A stretch of 64,000 bases of DNA. Source: Octopus sinensis. Taxonomy: Eukaryota. The stretch lies in NCBI RefSeq assembly GCF_006345805.1, contig NC_043006.1, positions 26,102,001 through 26,166,000 on the forward strand, given 5' to 3'. The notes beneath the pieces are model-generated. The model worked only from the letters and a program-made list of their open reading frames with translations, had not been told where the DNA came from and ran no database searches. Each line of letters begins with the position of its first letter. The stretch's first letter is position 1. Made by a program: the position numbers and the translations under genes. Of the stretch, positions 51,625-63,510 are shown piece by piece.

Positions 51625-52030
51625 ATTCTTTTACTTGTTTCAGTCATTTGCCTGTGGCCATGCTGGAACACTGCCCTTTAGTCAAAGAAATCGGCCCCTG
51701 GACTTATTCCCTGTAAGCCTGGTGCTTATTCTGTCAGTCTCTTCTGCCGAACAGCAAAGTTACGGGAACGCAAACACGCCGACATCGGTTGTCAAGAGAT
51801 GGTGGCGGGGGGACAACACAGACACAAACACACACATAATTATATACATATATCATCAGCATTAGCATCATCATCATCATCATCGTTTAACGTGTGCCTT
51901 CCATGGGTGGGATGGTTTCACAAGAGTCAGCTAGGCCAAAGCCTGCACCAGACTTCTTTGACTGTTTTGGCAGGATTTTTACAGCTGGATGCCCTTCCTA
52001 ACACCAACCACTCAGCAGAGTGGACTTAGT
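51625..52030 (-). mobile_element. SINE A 3' half (51625-51850) adjacent to an RTE-tail fragment (51866-52030)
   Basis: Direct similarity to other copies in the window. Confidence 0.75.
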
Positions 52031-52679
52031 GTTTTTTTGTATTACATGGTCACCAAGTACTTGCAAGACAAAAAAAAAAAAAACTTCCAAGGGAGAGGAA
52101 GCATTGGAGGTTGTGATCTTGTGTTGGATGATGAAAAGGTTATAGTGAGACAGATACAGGTGTCTTGCTGTAGTGGAAGTATAAGGTTACCTGGCCAGAG
52201 AGAGAAAGATCAGGAATGAAGACAGAAACAGGTGTGCTACCGCAAAGGAAATACACGGTTACCCAACCCGAGGGAAGTGCAGGAGGAGAGAGAGTGGGAG
52301 ACAGCAGGATAGAGATGGTGGCAAAATGCCAGGCATACTCACAAGGAACAGGGATCAGAATATAAATGGGATGGTTGAATAAAGAAAGAGAGAGAGATAT
52401 AGATGGTGACAAATGCTAGGGCATACCCTTGAGGTTCAAATGCCATAATATAAGTGGCAGGATATTGCGAAGGGAGTGTGATTAAAGAGTGTGAGTAAGT
52501 GGTGAAAGACCTGGGTATGCATGGAGTTGGGGGGGGGGGGCTACTGGATAGCAATGATACAGAGGAACAGGAGTGTAAGGACAGAATTGGGGAGTGAGAG
52601 CTAAGTATAGTGACCTCGTGTAAAGAGAATTGATACCTTCCGATGCTACATGCTGCTGCATTTTGCTGCAAGGAAAAAT

Positions 52680-54902
52680 AATGATAACCTTCGTCTCCAC
52701 CAAGATGCACCCTCCATCGACCTACTACAGAAAGTACTATACTGCAATGCAATCTACGGTGCACTTCACAACAATGCAACACTGCCATTGCACAAGGTAT
52801 TCACCTACATGCCCAGAAACTAACTGGAAGAAAATACAGAAGCCCGCACATGCAACCTTTTCGGCACACACATGCTTTTCGTCTCGTCCCAACGTACAAA
52901 CCCTGCATTGTCAATGAACTTTTGCACGTACATAAGACTCTCACATAGACTTTGAACAACTCTTTTTCTCTGCATGCATATCTTTTTTTCACTTTCAGCA
53001 GTAGACTTTTAACAAAGGACACTATTTCCAGTTAAGTTTGTTATTTTCACTTTTTTATTGTTCTGTTTGCACTGCACACTTTCATTTGTTTACGAGTCAT
53101 ACATTCTACAATGCACTCATTCTATAATGCACACATTCCACGATGCACATATACTGTGATGCATACATTCCACAATGCACACATTCCGCGAAGCACAAAT
53201 TCTATGATGACTCGTTTCACTAAAACAGCTAAATTCATGTGCATATCTTTTTGAATGTTCTATATTATTATTCCTATTTTGCTTGTACTTTTTATTGTTC
53301 ATTTTGAAAATGTTTGTATTGTTGCATACACACACGCATGCACCTTTCCTCACAGCCTGGCCTTGCACACGCATCTGCACACATTGTTCATACACATACG
53401 TTGACACTGTCACATTCATGCACCACACACGCCTATCTCGCTTGTTTTCCACGCTCAATGCACCCTTTTAGACACAACTCATCTCTGTAAGAACCCAGGT
53501 CAGTCACACATACATAAAGTTGTTTGTCCCTTACAATGCACCAGCATACCACACTTTTGTTCCTGCATGACTGAGGCATATAATACCTCATGCACCGGCT
53601 GGCAGCCTCAGCCTTACTGCATTAATCACTGGCATATTCAATACTGTATGCTGTATTTTATGCATCTACTTCCTTGTTTTGCAATACATCTGCGTCAACT
53701 CAATTCTTTTCCCGACTCGAAGCACATCAGATGATCACATGCTCTGCGCTCATGTTTAGACATAATTTCCCCCTGTTTGGTCACGCAATTAACAGAGCAA
53801 ATTATCTGTCTTGCGCATTACTCCAGCATGCTTACACTGTCGTCCTTGCTAACTCAGCAATTAACCATGACAACAGCACCAGATGCATTTCACACACTGC
53901 AACCCTGCAGGAAGATCTTTCATATCATGGATTGAGAATGCACTTACTCGCTCATCTCAGCTTATTTTACAGTCAATTTCGAAATGTGCACCTGCACTCC
54001 TGTATATGCCCACATGCACTCATTTACTGTACTACCCAGTCACTGACTGCACACATTTTGGCATGCAAAGTGACACCGCTATTCAAACTAATCCAAATAG
54101 AAAACTGTCCCATATACACTTCAACGATCCTTTCTCCTGATGTGCAAAATTTCTCCTCAACCATACATCTCTTTGTTTCCTTCGATTGTTCGCTCCTTCC
54201 AGGAACCTCACTGGCAAGAGAGTGTATGTAGTGAATCTTGCATGCATGAAGTGGATTCGATCCACCATACCCAAATTTAAATTAACACTGCTACAGAAAT
54301 TTTCCCACAATGGAACAATGGTTTTTCTCTGGCAGCAGTTTTACATCTTCCAGATGCTTTTAGCTAGGCCGAAATAATGTCTTCACCACTTGACCCTTTC
54401 TAACCTCTTCTACTTCACCAAAAGCTAGAATAGAGATAACAAGACCACCAACTAAATCTATTGTTTTCAATGGTATGTTTATCCCTCTGGATTGTTATAA
54501 AAGCAAGAACACCCCAAACAAAAATCAGTTAGTCACCAGTCGGTGACGACTCAATCAGTTAGTGAACTGACCACTAGAATCATGGAAGCAGGCAGACTAA
54601 ACGGCCAGAGGGAAAAAGAAAGACAACGTCCCACACTCTCTCACTCTCACTAGCCCTAATTATGTTCTCTTACAGTATCATTCTATCTGTCTCTGCAATT
54701 ACTATTAAACAATGAAGAGAACCCAAACACAAACTTTACTTTGCATGCTTTTGGATTTACCATAACCTGCCCGTTGAGGCAAGGTATTGTAATGTAACGG
54801 TAAATAAATACTTTCCTTAAAACTTCATGCATTGTTCATCTTTCACATCCTACAACATGCAATTATAACAAATTATTATCGTCACACCAGCTGACTACAA
54901 CA
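52680..54902 (+). mobile_element. Probable LTR retroelement 3' part: internal region, PPT-like tract, 3' LTR (54227-54899/54902)
   Basis: TGTAGT...ACTACA terminal inverted motif; purine run ggcaagagag just upstream; homologous solo copy at 31706-32362; 185-aa ORF 53674-54231 ends at the LTR; 16-17-bp minisatellite at about 53095-53215. Confidence 0.55.
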
Positions 54903-54940
54903 TCATCAATATAATGTTTGCTAATCAATTTAAATCCGTT

Positions 54941-54983
<43 letters not shown>

Positions 54984-55200
54984 AAATTAGATAGGGGTTG
55001 TAAATTCAACCCTCCATGGGATGAAACAGCTGTCAGCTACAATGTAAATGTATTTTCTATTTCTATTTCTATGTCTTGTTATATTTGTAATATATTATGT
55101 ATAATATCATTGGTGTTGTGTAATGGTTTAATAAAGTATTGATTGGGTATTATCTGATGGTTGATGATTGATTTAGGTATGTTTCTCCATTTTCTCATTT

Positions 55201-55241
<41 letters not shown>

Positions 55242-55245
<4 letters not shown>

Positions 55246-55433
55246 AATTGCAACATGGAAAGTGTTTATCAGCCATTTAAAGAGATGCAGCATGGAATTT
55301 TGTCAGTGAACAGGTTGCAGTCTCAAATCGATGAAAATGTTTTGGAAAATTGAATTTGAATATCAAGGTGAATCTAACAGTTTTCGTGTGTTTTTAAATG
55401 GCTTATAAACACCTTCCATGCTGCAATTGTTTT
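55242..55433. mobile_element. Small foldback MITE
   Basis: TIRs aaacaattgca(a/g)catggaa(a/g)gtgtttat(c/a)agccatttaaa. Confidence 0.7.
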
Positions 55434-57591
55434 TGTTTCAGCACACGATCTCAGATCAGGTCACTTGCTATGCAAGTACATCTCTATAATATATATATAT
55501 ATGTGTGTGTGTGTATAGAAGTGTATCTGTTTAGCTGTAGCACCTTTATGCGTATGTTTTAATGTGTGTGTGTTTAATTTTCCTTTCCTGCATCGCAGTG
55601 AATACCATGAATTACATTCATGCTAATGCTTTCTTAATTTCCTTCTTTTCTTTTTTACTTATCTTTTATTTTCTTCCTTCAGCTTGTCAGATATTCATTC
55701 ATTCGTCCATCTGTCTATACCCGTACATATTTATAACTGTTTCTTGTGTTGGTTAAATATAAAAATAGTTTTACATTAAACAGAAGGATTACTCAAGTCT
55801 ATTTACTAAAGTACTTATTCATTAACTTACAAGACTGACATTGACTTTGAAGTTTTGGATTGCTTACCTTCATTGGACTATGATTTACTTTGGTTTGTTC
55901 TGGCTTTATATAGTCTTTGACAGGTTGTTTTTCGATAGGTGGAATAATGTAAGTGATAATTAGGTGGTGTAGGCAGACAAGGAAAGTAGTTGTGTAGGAA
56001 GTGGGAGTTGAGAAGGGTAAGAGAAAAGCATGTTTTTTTTTTTTAGATTGTGAGTCAATAGAAATGTATGGTGAAGAAATTATTTGGTTTTAGATAGAAA
56101 TTTTGTTACTGTTCAGTTAGGCATAGAATTAAAGAAATATTTCACTATCTACAAAAGCATATTTTCCTCCTATCCTCTCCAATTTCCCCCTTCCTACACA
56201 TTTATTTCCTCTATCTACCAACACCATAGCTTACCACTTACATCACTACCCCTACCAAGACAAAAAAAAAAAAAAAAAAAAAACCAGAAAGAACCTAAGT
56301 ATATCATACCTAAGGTAAGCAAACCAAAATTTCAAAGTTACAGTTAACCTTTTCCTTGCACAAGTTATTGCAGTTCTCTGGCTTGCTGGTTCTCGTCAAA
56401 CTGTCCAACCCATGCCAGCATGGAAAATGGACATCAAATGATGATGATGATACATACATATATCTGTATATATATAACAACAGCATTTTCCATCTGCTTT
56501 CCATGCTAGCATGAGTTAGACAGGTTATCATGGTCTGAATCAGTTGTTATTTAGAGGACTACTAGAGGGCAGTACTCTGAATGTGAACCAATTCTGATTA
56601 TAGTCCTCCAGGATGGAAAACCATATCTCAGTTGTGTTGGTTCTTAACTGGATACCCTTCCTGACACTAAATACTTAGCAGAATGTAATGGACACATTTT
56701 ATCAAGATACTAGCATTAGAGATGTTAAAATGTCCTTCATAAGTCTATAGGGTCCTCTCAACCCTATAGTGTACCTCCGCAATCATCAATCATTTTATAG
56801 GATGTACTGGGTGCTTTTATTCTTGTATGTTGTCTCCATTCCTTCAAAACAATGTGGTCAAAAGAGTTAAAATAGGAGAGGATGATGATAAAAGACAAAA
56901 CTAAGATGAGAGGGTGAAAGAAGCTAGTGTAAATTGGAATTACAAGAGTGGTAGAAGAGGAAGAGATGAAAAAGATAATGTGAAAAGAATCATGAGAGAA
57001 AGAGACAGACAGTGGTGGCGTGGGACACAGTAATGGCAGAGGATAATGGGAGTTGGCTTGCTAGTAAAGAAGAGAGCAACTGATAAATAGTTAGAAAGAT
57101 GGATAATAGTAAGAGAGATTGTGAGAGAGTGATAGATATCAATACTAAATGATGGCTAGTAGTCCAGAATGAGGAAGGTGTAAAAAATATCAACAGATCT
57201 AGTGCAATTTCTCTGTGTATATGTATTGATAGAATAGTGAGAAGTTAAGTGATGTAGGCATTGGTAAGAGATTGAATATCAACAGATTCAATATTACTCC
57301 TCATTACATACGTAGCAAAATACAGTGAATAAAAGAGAGAGGAGTGATTGAATGATGAGAGGATATCAAATGAAGTGGAGTGACAGGACAGCAAATGGAA
57401 ACTTCTATTACTACCGTTTTATGTACTTTTCATCATGCTTGCATTGACAGTTGGCTTCTCTCCAGAACTGTATGTTGCCAATCAGCACAGTCCCTTGTCA
57501 TCTCTTTCATGAAGTGCAGCATCTTGAGATTAGTCTTCACCATTTCATCCTGTCTTCTTTGGTCTCCCACTTGCACATGTTCCACCCGAGT

Positions 57592-57902
57592 GAGGCACAT
57601 GGTCTAGTGGTTAGAGCAGTGGACACACGGTCGAGGGATTGCAGGTTCGAATCTCAGACTGGACAATGTGTGTGTTTATGAGCAAAACACCTAAGTTCCA
57701 CGCGGCTCTGGCAGAAGGTAATGGCGAAACTTCTGGTGACTCTTTCACCACAACTTTCTCTCACTCTTTCTTCCTGCATCTTGCAGCTCACCTGTGATGG
57801 ACCAGCGTCCCGTCCAGGTGGGGAACCTATATGCCAAGGAAACCGGGAAACCGCCCCTTATGAGCCAGGCATGGCTCGAGAAGGAACAAACAACAACAAA
57901 AA
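57592..57902 (+). mobile_element. tRNA-derived SINE family C with a Meta/V-SINE-like central-3' domain
   Basis: A box TGGTCTAGTGG, B box GGTTCGAATC; tgtgatggaccagcgtcccgtccagg...ggaaaccggga...tatgagcc; (aac)n tail; imperfect TSD gttccaccc(g)agt. Confidence 0.8.
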
Positions 57903-58232
57903 CACGTTCCACCCAGTTTGAGTAGTCAGTACTTCACACACCTGTCATTCTCTATACACATCACATGCCCTTATCACACAGCCTGTCTTTTACTATAAGA
58001 GAGAAGCTTTTTGCAATCAGCTCTCTGAACCTTCTCCTCAGTCTTACTGCAGCTACTTTGCTTTTGGTATGCTCACTTCTACTGCTTCACAAGCCCAATT
58101 TATTTAGTGATTGCTAAGTTACAGAATGTGGAACTTTGTCAAAGGTGACCTTCTCTAGTCAACAAGTACTAAGCATATAAAGACTAGCTTCTAGCTAGGT
58201 ATTCCTCCTGCAGTTGTCTCACTAGTATCATC

Positions 58233-58914
58233 GGATCTTTTCCTTTTGAACGGCACACAATTTCTAGTAAACTAAACACTTTAAAACTTCGTATACTGGT
58301 AGAATGTGTCAAAATAAAACATTGTTTTCTCTTGGCTTTCTTGATAAAATTGTAATTCGTTTAACGTAGTTTAATTTTTCGAATTTTAACCAATGTATCA
58401 CCTCTAATTGAGCTAAAATCATTTGCTGCGTCTAAAACTGAGACAACATCCTGTCACTAACCCTAAACCTCACCCAAACCCTAAATTTTTTTTCTTAATT
58501 GTTAAATTAATTTAATTGTTACGCGTGTAAAAAACGAAAGCAATGGAAAATAATTTAAACAATTAACAAACAAAATAATTCTATAATTTTATACACATGC
58601 TTTCCGTACGTATACGGAATTTAATAATTAAGAAAAAAAAATTTAGGGTTAGGGTGAGGGTTAGGGTTAGTGACAGGATGTTGTCTCAGTTTTAGACGCA
58701 GCAAATGATTTTAGCTCAATGGAGGTAATCGATTGGTTAAAATTGCCGAAATGCTCAAAATTTCAGATGAAATATTTTAGAAACTATAGAATTTTCTCAA
58801 TAAAGCCAAGAGAAAATGATGTTTTATAAACACATTCTACCAGTATACGAAGTTTAAAACTTTTTAGTTACCTAGAAATTATGTTACAAAGTGCCGTTCA
58901 AAAGGAAAAGATCC
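58233..58914. mobile_element. Merlin-type MITE copy 5: long palindromic variant
   Basis: TIR GGATCTTTTCCTTTTGAACGGCAC; 8-bp TSD gtatcatc (58225-58232 / 58915-58922); ~280-300-bp inverted arms, each with a TTAGGG-like run. Confidence 0.88.
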
Positions 58915-59135
58915 GTATCATCTAAATACCAGATATTCATTTCTTATGAAACTCTCTTTTTACAATGTTGTTGATGGCTATGTCAGAGAATAAGAGGACT
59001 GGAGAGCTTCAAGTTATTACAGAACAATCTCAAAACTAAATAGTACAGTCTTGGATAGTAAGCATTCATATCAGTTGCACTACAAGTGATTTGATTGAAG
59101 ATATTCTTAACATCAGGTTTTAATGTTACCATTGG

Positions 59136-59349
59136 GCAAGGTAGCAAGCTGGCAGAATCATTAGCATGCTGGGAAAAATGCTTGGTGGTATTTCATCTGT
59201 CTACATTGTGAGTTCAGATGTCACTGAGGTCTACTTTGCCTTTCATCCTTTCAGGATTGATAAATTAAGTACCAGTTGAGCACTGGGGTTGATGTATTTG
59301 ATTTGCCCAACTCCTCAAAATTTGCTGGCTTTGAGCCAAAATTTGAAAC
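59136..59349 (+). mobile_element. Older SINE family B-related copy
   Basis: 15-bp TSD taatgttaccattgg / taatattaccattgg (59121-59135 / 59350-59364); CpG-decayed body. Confidence 0.8.
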
Positions 59350-60099
59350 TAATATTACCATTGGACCACCCAAGGGACTGTTGACTAAAATAACTTCACA
59401 ACCATGTGTAACACCAACACTAAACTGGTGACGTGAAAGTTCAGAGTACCTGATTTCTTACAGGGCAAAGAGAAACCTTGAACACTAGTTTCTGGACCAA
59501 GTGCCATGGGATGTCACTATTTTCTTAAGAGCAAATAATTGAGCACTAAGTAGAGACTCAGGTCTATGTTTGCATTAAGACTTGACACTTGATAGCATTT
59601 GAAATATGATGTTGATGTCTGTGTCTCGATCTCTAGCCACCAAAGAACTTTATATCGTTATGAGCGAATGAAGTTGGTACCTAAGGGTATTTTGAAAGCA
59701 ATGCATTTAGAGTATCAGTCATGATAGACAAATGACCAAGTAGAGAATAGCTCGTTTGTCATCAAAATTACACAATTTAAAGTTGACGATATGCTTGATG
59801 AAAGAAACATCGCACTAGCGATTGATCTGGTTATATTAAGATATTGATTTTTAGCAAATTGGGTATATATTAGGATATTTGAATCTTAAAATTTGAATCG
59901 CTTTTACTTGTCACGGGCCAAAAAAAAAAGTGTATAAAAACAACTGTTGTGTTGAAAGTTATTTTACTGCACCAAGAGGCCTTTTTGAAAAGTATACGCA
60001 GCTAAGCTCTGAAAAATATAAAGACCATCAGTTACTCATTCGTACTTGGAACATAAAACATGTGGAGACGAATATATGTAAAGGAAATTACCAGATGAA

Positions 60100-60135
60100 G
60101 CGCATGAGCACTTAGCAACTTCCGGTGTCTTCCGT
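60100..60135 (+). promoter_or_regulatory. Housekeeping-type core promoter cluster
   Basis: GCGCATG (NRF1-like, 60100), TAGCAAC (RFX half site), ACTTCCGG (ETS, 60118-60125) and a second CTTCCG, about 70 bp upstream of an ATG and canonical donor. Confidence 0.55.
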
Positions 60136-60197
60136 TGATGCTGTTAACTGCGTGTGGCGTGAGATTCCAAGGTGTTGTATGCGTACTGTAATTAAGC

Positions 60198-60235
60198 ATG
60201 GGCAAACCTAAGAGAAAGCAACAAGAGGATGATAT
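60198..60235 (+). CDS. Candidate first coding exon of an unidentified host gene (MGKPKRKQQEDD..., phase 2)
   Basis: agcATGG Kozak-like start, 12 codons + AT, then GTAAGT; sits at the promoter cluster in a CpG-retaining block. Confidence 0.55.
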
Positions 60236-61484
60236 GTAAGTAAAATTAAGTTATAGTCTTGTGTGATAATTTGAACTTTATTGTGACGAGAGAAGTAATT
60301 TCAAGATTTTGGAGCACATGGTTACATACTGTGCTGTCATGTCTACTTTTCAAGGATATGTTTAATATTTCATTGCTGCGTTTTTGCCCCTTTTTAAATC
60401 TAACTTCATGTCCATCTTCTGGATTGTATTTTCTGTGTGCCTTTTTTATGATTTGATTAAAAGTTTTTAACTCTTGGAGAATACACCAGCTTTTGTGACG
60501 TCACATAGTAATGTGCGACTTTAAAATTTTTAACTTTTAGAAAGTAGAAGTGACTGTTTATGTTACTCTTTGGTAATTCAGTATTTCTCTGGGTATTCAG
60601 TCATCGAAAGTGTTGGTTAACACAATCAGTATTCATATTTATATACTGTAGGTTTGACATCCTTTTGTCTGGTTAACTTTTTGGTAGGGGTGAGTCCTCG
60701 AAAAGAAACCGTTCTCTGATAAATTTAGTGGACATATGGTACAATAGTAATTTAAAATTTCCACTTTCTTTCTTGAATTTTATCCATTTTACAAGTATTT
60801 CATCTTAAATATGATAGTAAATTGCCATATGGTTATCATATAACCTGTTTAATGTCTAAAAAAATAATAAAAACGCGCGCGCGTGCGTATATATATATAC
60901 ACATACATATATATATGTATACACACACACACAGCATCGCTTTACCCTGTAAATAATTCCAAAATTATTATTTTATTTGTAGTAAGTTACAAAGAAATAT
61001 ATTTTTGAACCAAATGACATATTTTCTATTGTATTTTATTTACTCTATAGCCTTCTAAATTCTAAGCAGAACATTAGAAGCAAGATTTCCTATTTCACTT
61101 ATTTTTAATTTACACGTAACTTTTCTGATTAAAATTTGAATGACGTTTATGATTTCACTTTTTTACAATTCCAGACGTAGTAGTAAAGACAGTTCACATT
61201 GTTTTAGAATTCACCATTAGTATGAACATATTTCAAGCTAATTTTCTACTCATAAATATACATCAATCTGTCAAAAGGCAGATATTCTTATATGGTTTGA
61301 TGTTGTGGCTTTAAAAATACTTGGAAGTTTTTTGTTGTTTTTTTTTATGAGATAAAAAAAACATCATTTACTAATTGTAACCAGAGCTAACATATTTAAA
61401 ATACAAGAATTAAAAAAATTATAATAATAAAATACATGGATTAGCATTGATCGTTTTTATTTTAGTTTTATACGTCTGTCATAG

Positions 61485-61526
61485 GAGGATTGAGTTGTCT
61501 GGAACTTTGCAAACCCTCTCAGCTTG
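61485..61526 (+). CDS. Possible 42-bp second exon (MRIELSGTLQTLSA- if joined to exon 1)
   Basis: catag| acceptor, |GTGAGA donor, open in phase 2-2; no homology recognised. Confidence 0.22.
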
Positions 61527-61693
61527 GTGAGATTGAGGCGTTTGATGTCTGCAAGACTTGAGAGACTTTCAGAGTGTTGCTGGTCTAATAATGAAGGACT
61601 AGGCAAAGTGTATAGTGTGAGTTCCGATCGAGGTGAAACAAACACCGACGAGGCCTGAGAGTAAGAGGACGTACAGTTAAATATGCTCGAAGG

Positions 61694-62410
61694 CAGTGCT
61701 GCTCAAAGTGGTGGTCCGCGGACCGGTGCCGGTACTCAGCGAGTTTCCAGAAAAGAAACAAACAATAGCATAATTTCAATAATTTCGCCTTATGCACTGC
61801 AGTAAACAACTTATCTGCTTGTGTAACATTGTATTATTTGTTTATAAAATAAATGTAGGCGATCTTTCGTCTCTAGTAGACCTTTCCGTCGATTTCCGTA
61901 AAAAATTTTTTTTTTTTTACATATGGGCTTGCGGGAACTTTTGAAGTAATATACATACATATACACATACACCGAGTTAAAAATTTCAGTTATCTCTTTC
62001 TTTCACACATTACTCTGTCTCTTCACACACACTAACAGAAGCACTTCACTTACACAACATACTGTCTGTCTCCCACACCCCATCAAACACACACACACGC
62101 ACGCACACACATGTCCATCAATGCTCCCATGCACGGTAACTTCAAAAGAACTTCCCTCGTCATACAATCGCTTTCTCTTAGTCTCTTTCGCTCTCATTAC
62201 TTCAAAAGTTCCCGCAAGCCCATATGTAAAAAAAAAAACATTTTTTTTTACGGAAATCGACGGAAAGGTCTACTAGAGACGAAAGATTGCCCATTATATA
62301 TATTGTTTCTGGTATAAATTAATATTACTAAGAAATATTACCGCTCCCTGACACATTGGTGTGGGGGGGACCCTGCCGCTACGCCACATCAGATAGTTTG
62401 AGAAGCACTG
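61694..62410. mobile_element. hAT (Charlie-like) non-autonomous element
   Basis: TIRs CAGTGCT(G/T)CTCAAA; TSD ctcgaagg / ctctaagg (7 of 8). Confidence 0.75.
61858..62291. mobile_element. Foldback MITE nested in the hAT element
   Basis: ~95-bp nearly perfect arms ggcgatctttcgtctctagtagacctttccgtcgatttccgtaaaa...gggcttgcgggaacttttgaagtaat. Confidence 0.85.
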
Positions 62411-62804
62411 CTCTAAGGGACTAGTAATTTTGTAATAAATAAAAAAGACACAGAAGAAACAGTTTTGAAGTGTTAATTGTCCTTTTAAAGGCCCTTTAGG
62501 ATGTTAATGTGTGCTGCAGAAACACTGTTCCATAAATGTGAGCTGTCTTTTGATGTGAGTTTTCTATGGAGTTAGCAACTTATCTGGATTAAATTATTTT
62601 CTGACAATAAAAGGGATTTGTAATGTAATTTGGTAGTTTATGTATGTGTCATTACCATGAAAAATCTGAGATTGAAGCTAGCTTTTATTGAGGTTTTAAA
62701 TGTTTTAGCTGTGTGCTGCCCAGAGATGCTAAGTTACAATTTTGTTTCCTTGATATGTCTAGTGATTGTTTCTTTGTAGATGATCCTTGGAAGGATCACC
62801 TACA

Positions 62805-63160
62805 TCATCATCGTTTAACGTCCGTTTTCCGCGCTAGCATGGGTTGGACGGTTCGACCGGGGTCTGGGAAGCCAGGGGCTGCTCCAGGCTCCAGTCTGAT
62901 CTGGCAGAGTTTCTACGGCTGGATGCCCTTCCTAACGCCAACCACTCCGCGAGTGTAGTGGGTGCTTTTTACGTGCCACCTGCACAGGTGCCAGGGGGGG
63001 GTCTGACATCGGTCACGATCGGCTGGAGCTTTTAAGGTGCCAGCGGCGCTGGCAACGTTCGGATGGTCTTTTTATGTGCCACTGGCACAGGAGCCAGTCG
63101 GGGCGGCGCTGGCATCGGCCACGTTCGGATGGTGCTTTTTATGTGCCACCGGCACAGGCA
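62805..63160 (-). mobile_element. RTE-tail element (5' truncated, CpG-intact)
   Basis: catcatcatcgtttaacgtccgttttcc...ctggatgcccttcctaacgccaacc. Confidence 0.88.
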
Positions 63161-63329
63161 TCTACATAGGAGTTTATATTAGAAGAGAGAGTGTATCATT
63201 GATAAAGAAAGAAGAATGTGGGAGACATTATTTTTACACCAGAAATGATAGCGAGGGCTAATGCTGCAATGGTGTGTCTGAAATAAATAAGAATGGATGA
63301 ATATCATAAGTAAGATTTGAAATTATTGT

Positions 63330-63510
63330 GTCAGACCTAATGAAGTGTAACAGCTTTTGCTTTCAAAACTGAAGACAATAATGAATGACACATGCAAACC
63401 TCTGCTAGCTATAGCTGTATGGAAACCATACTGGTTGTCACTGAGGAGAGAAAAACATTCAGGTTGATAGATGAGACAATTATTTACAATAGTTTCTAGT
63501 GTTTCTTTCT
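63330..63510 (-). mobile_element. CR1/Jockey-like RT fragment
   Basis: ETLETIVNNCL...LLSDNQYGF resembles KxMExIIN..L..LLSDxQYGFR. Confidence 0.55.

Noticed and set aside
60198-60235. Naming the gene (for example an eIF5B-like MGK... N-terminus)
   Set aside because: Twelve residues are insufficient and no matching second exon was found, so no symbol is assigned
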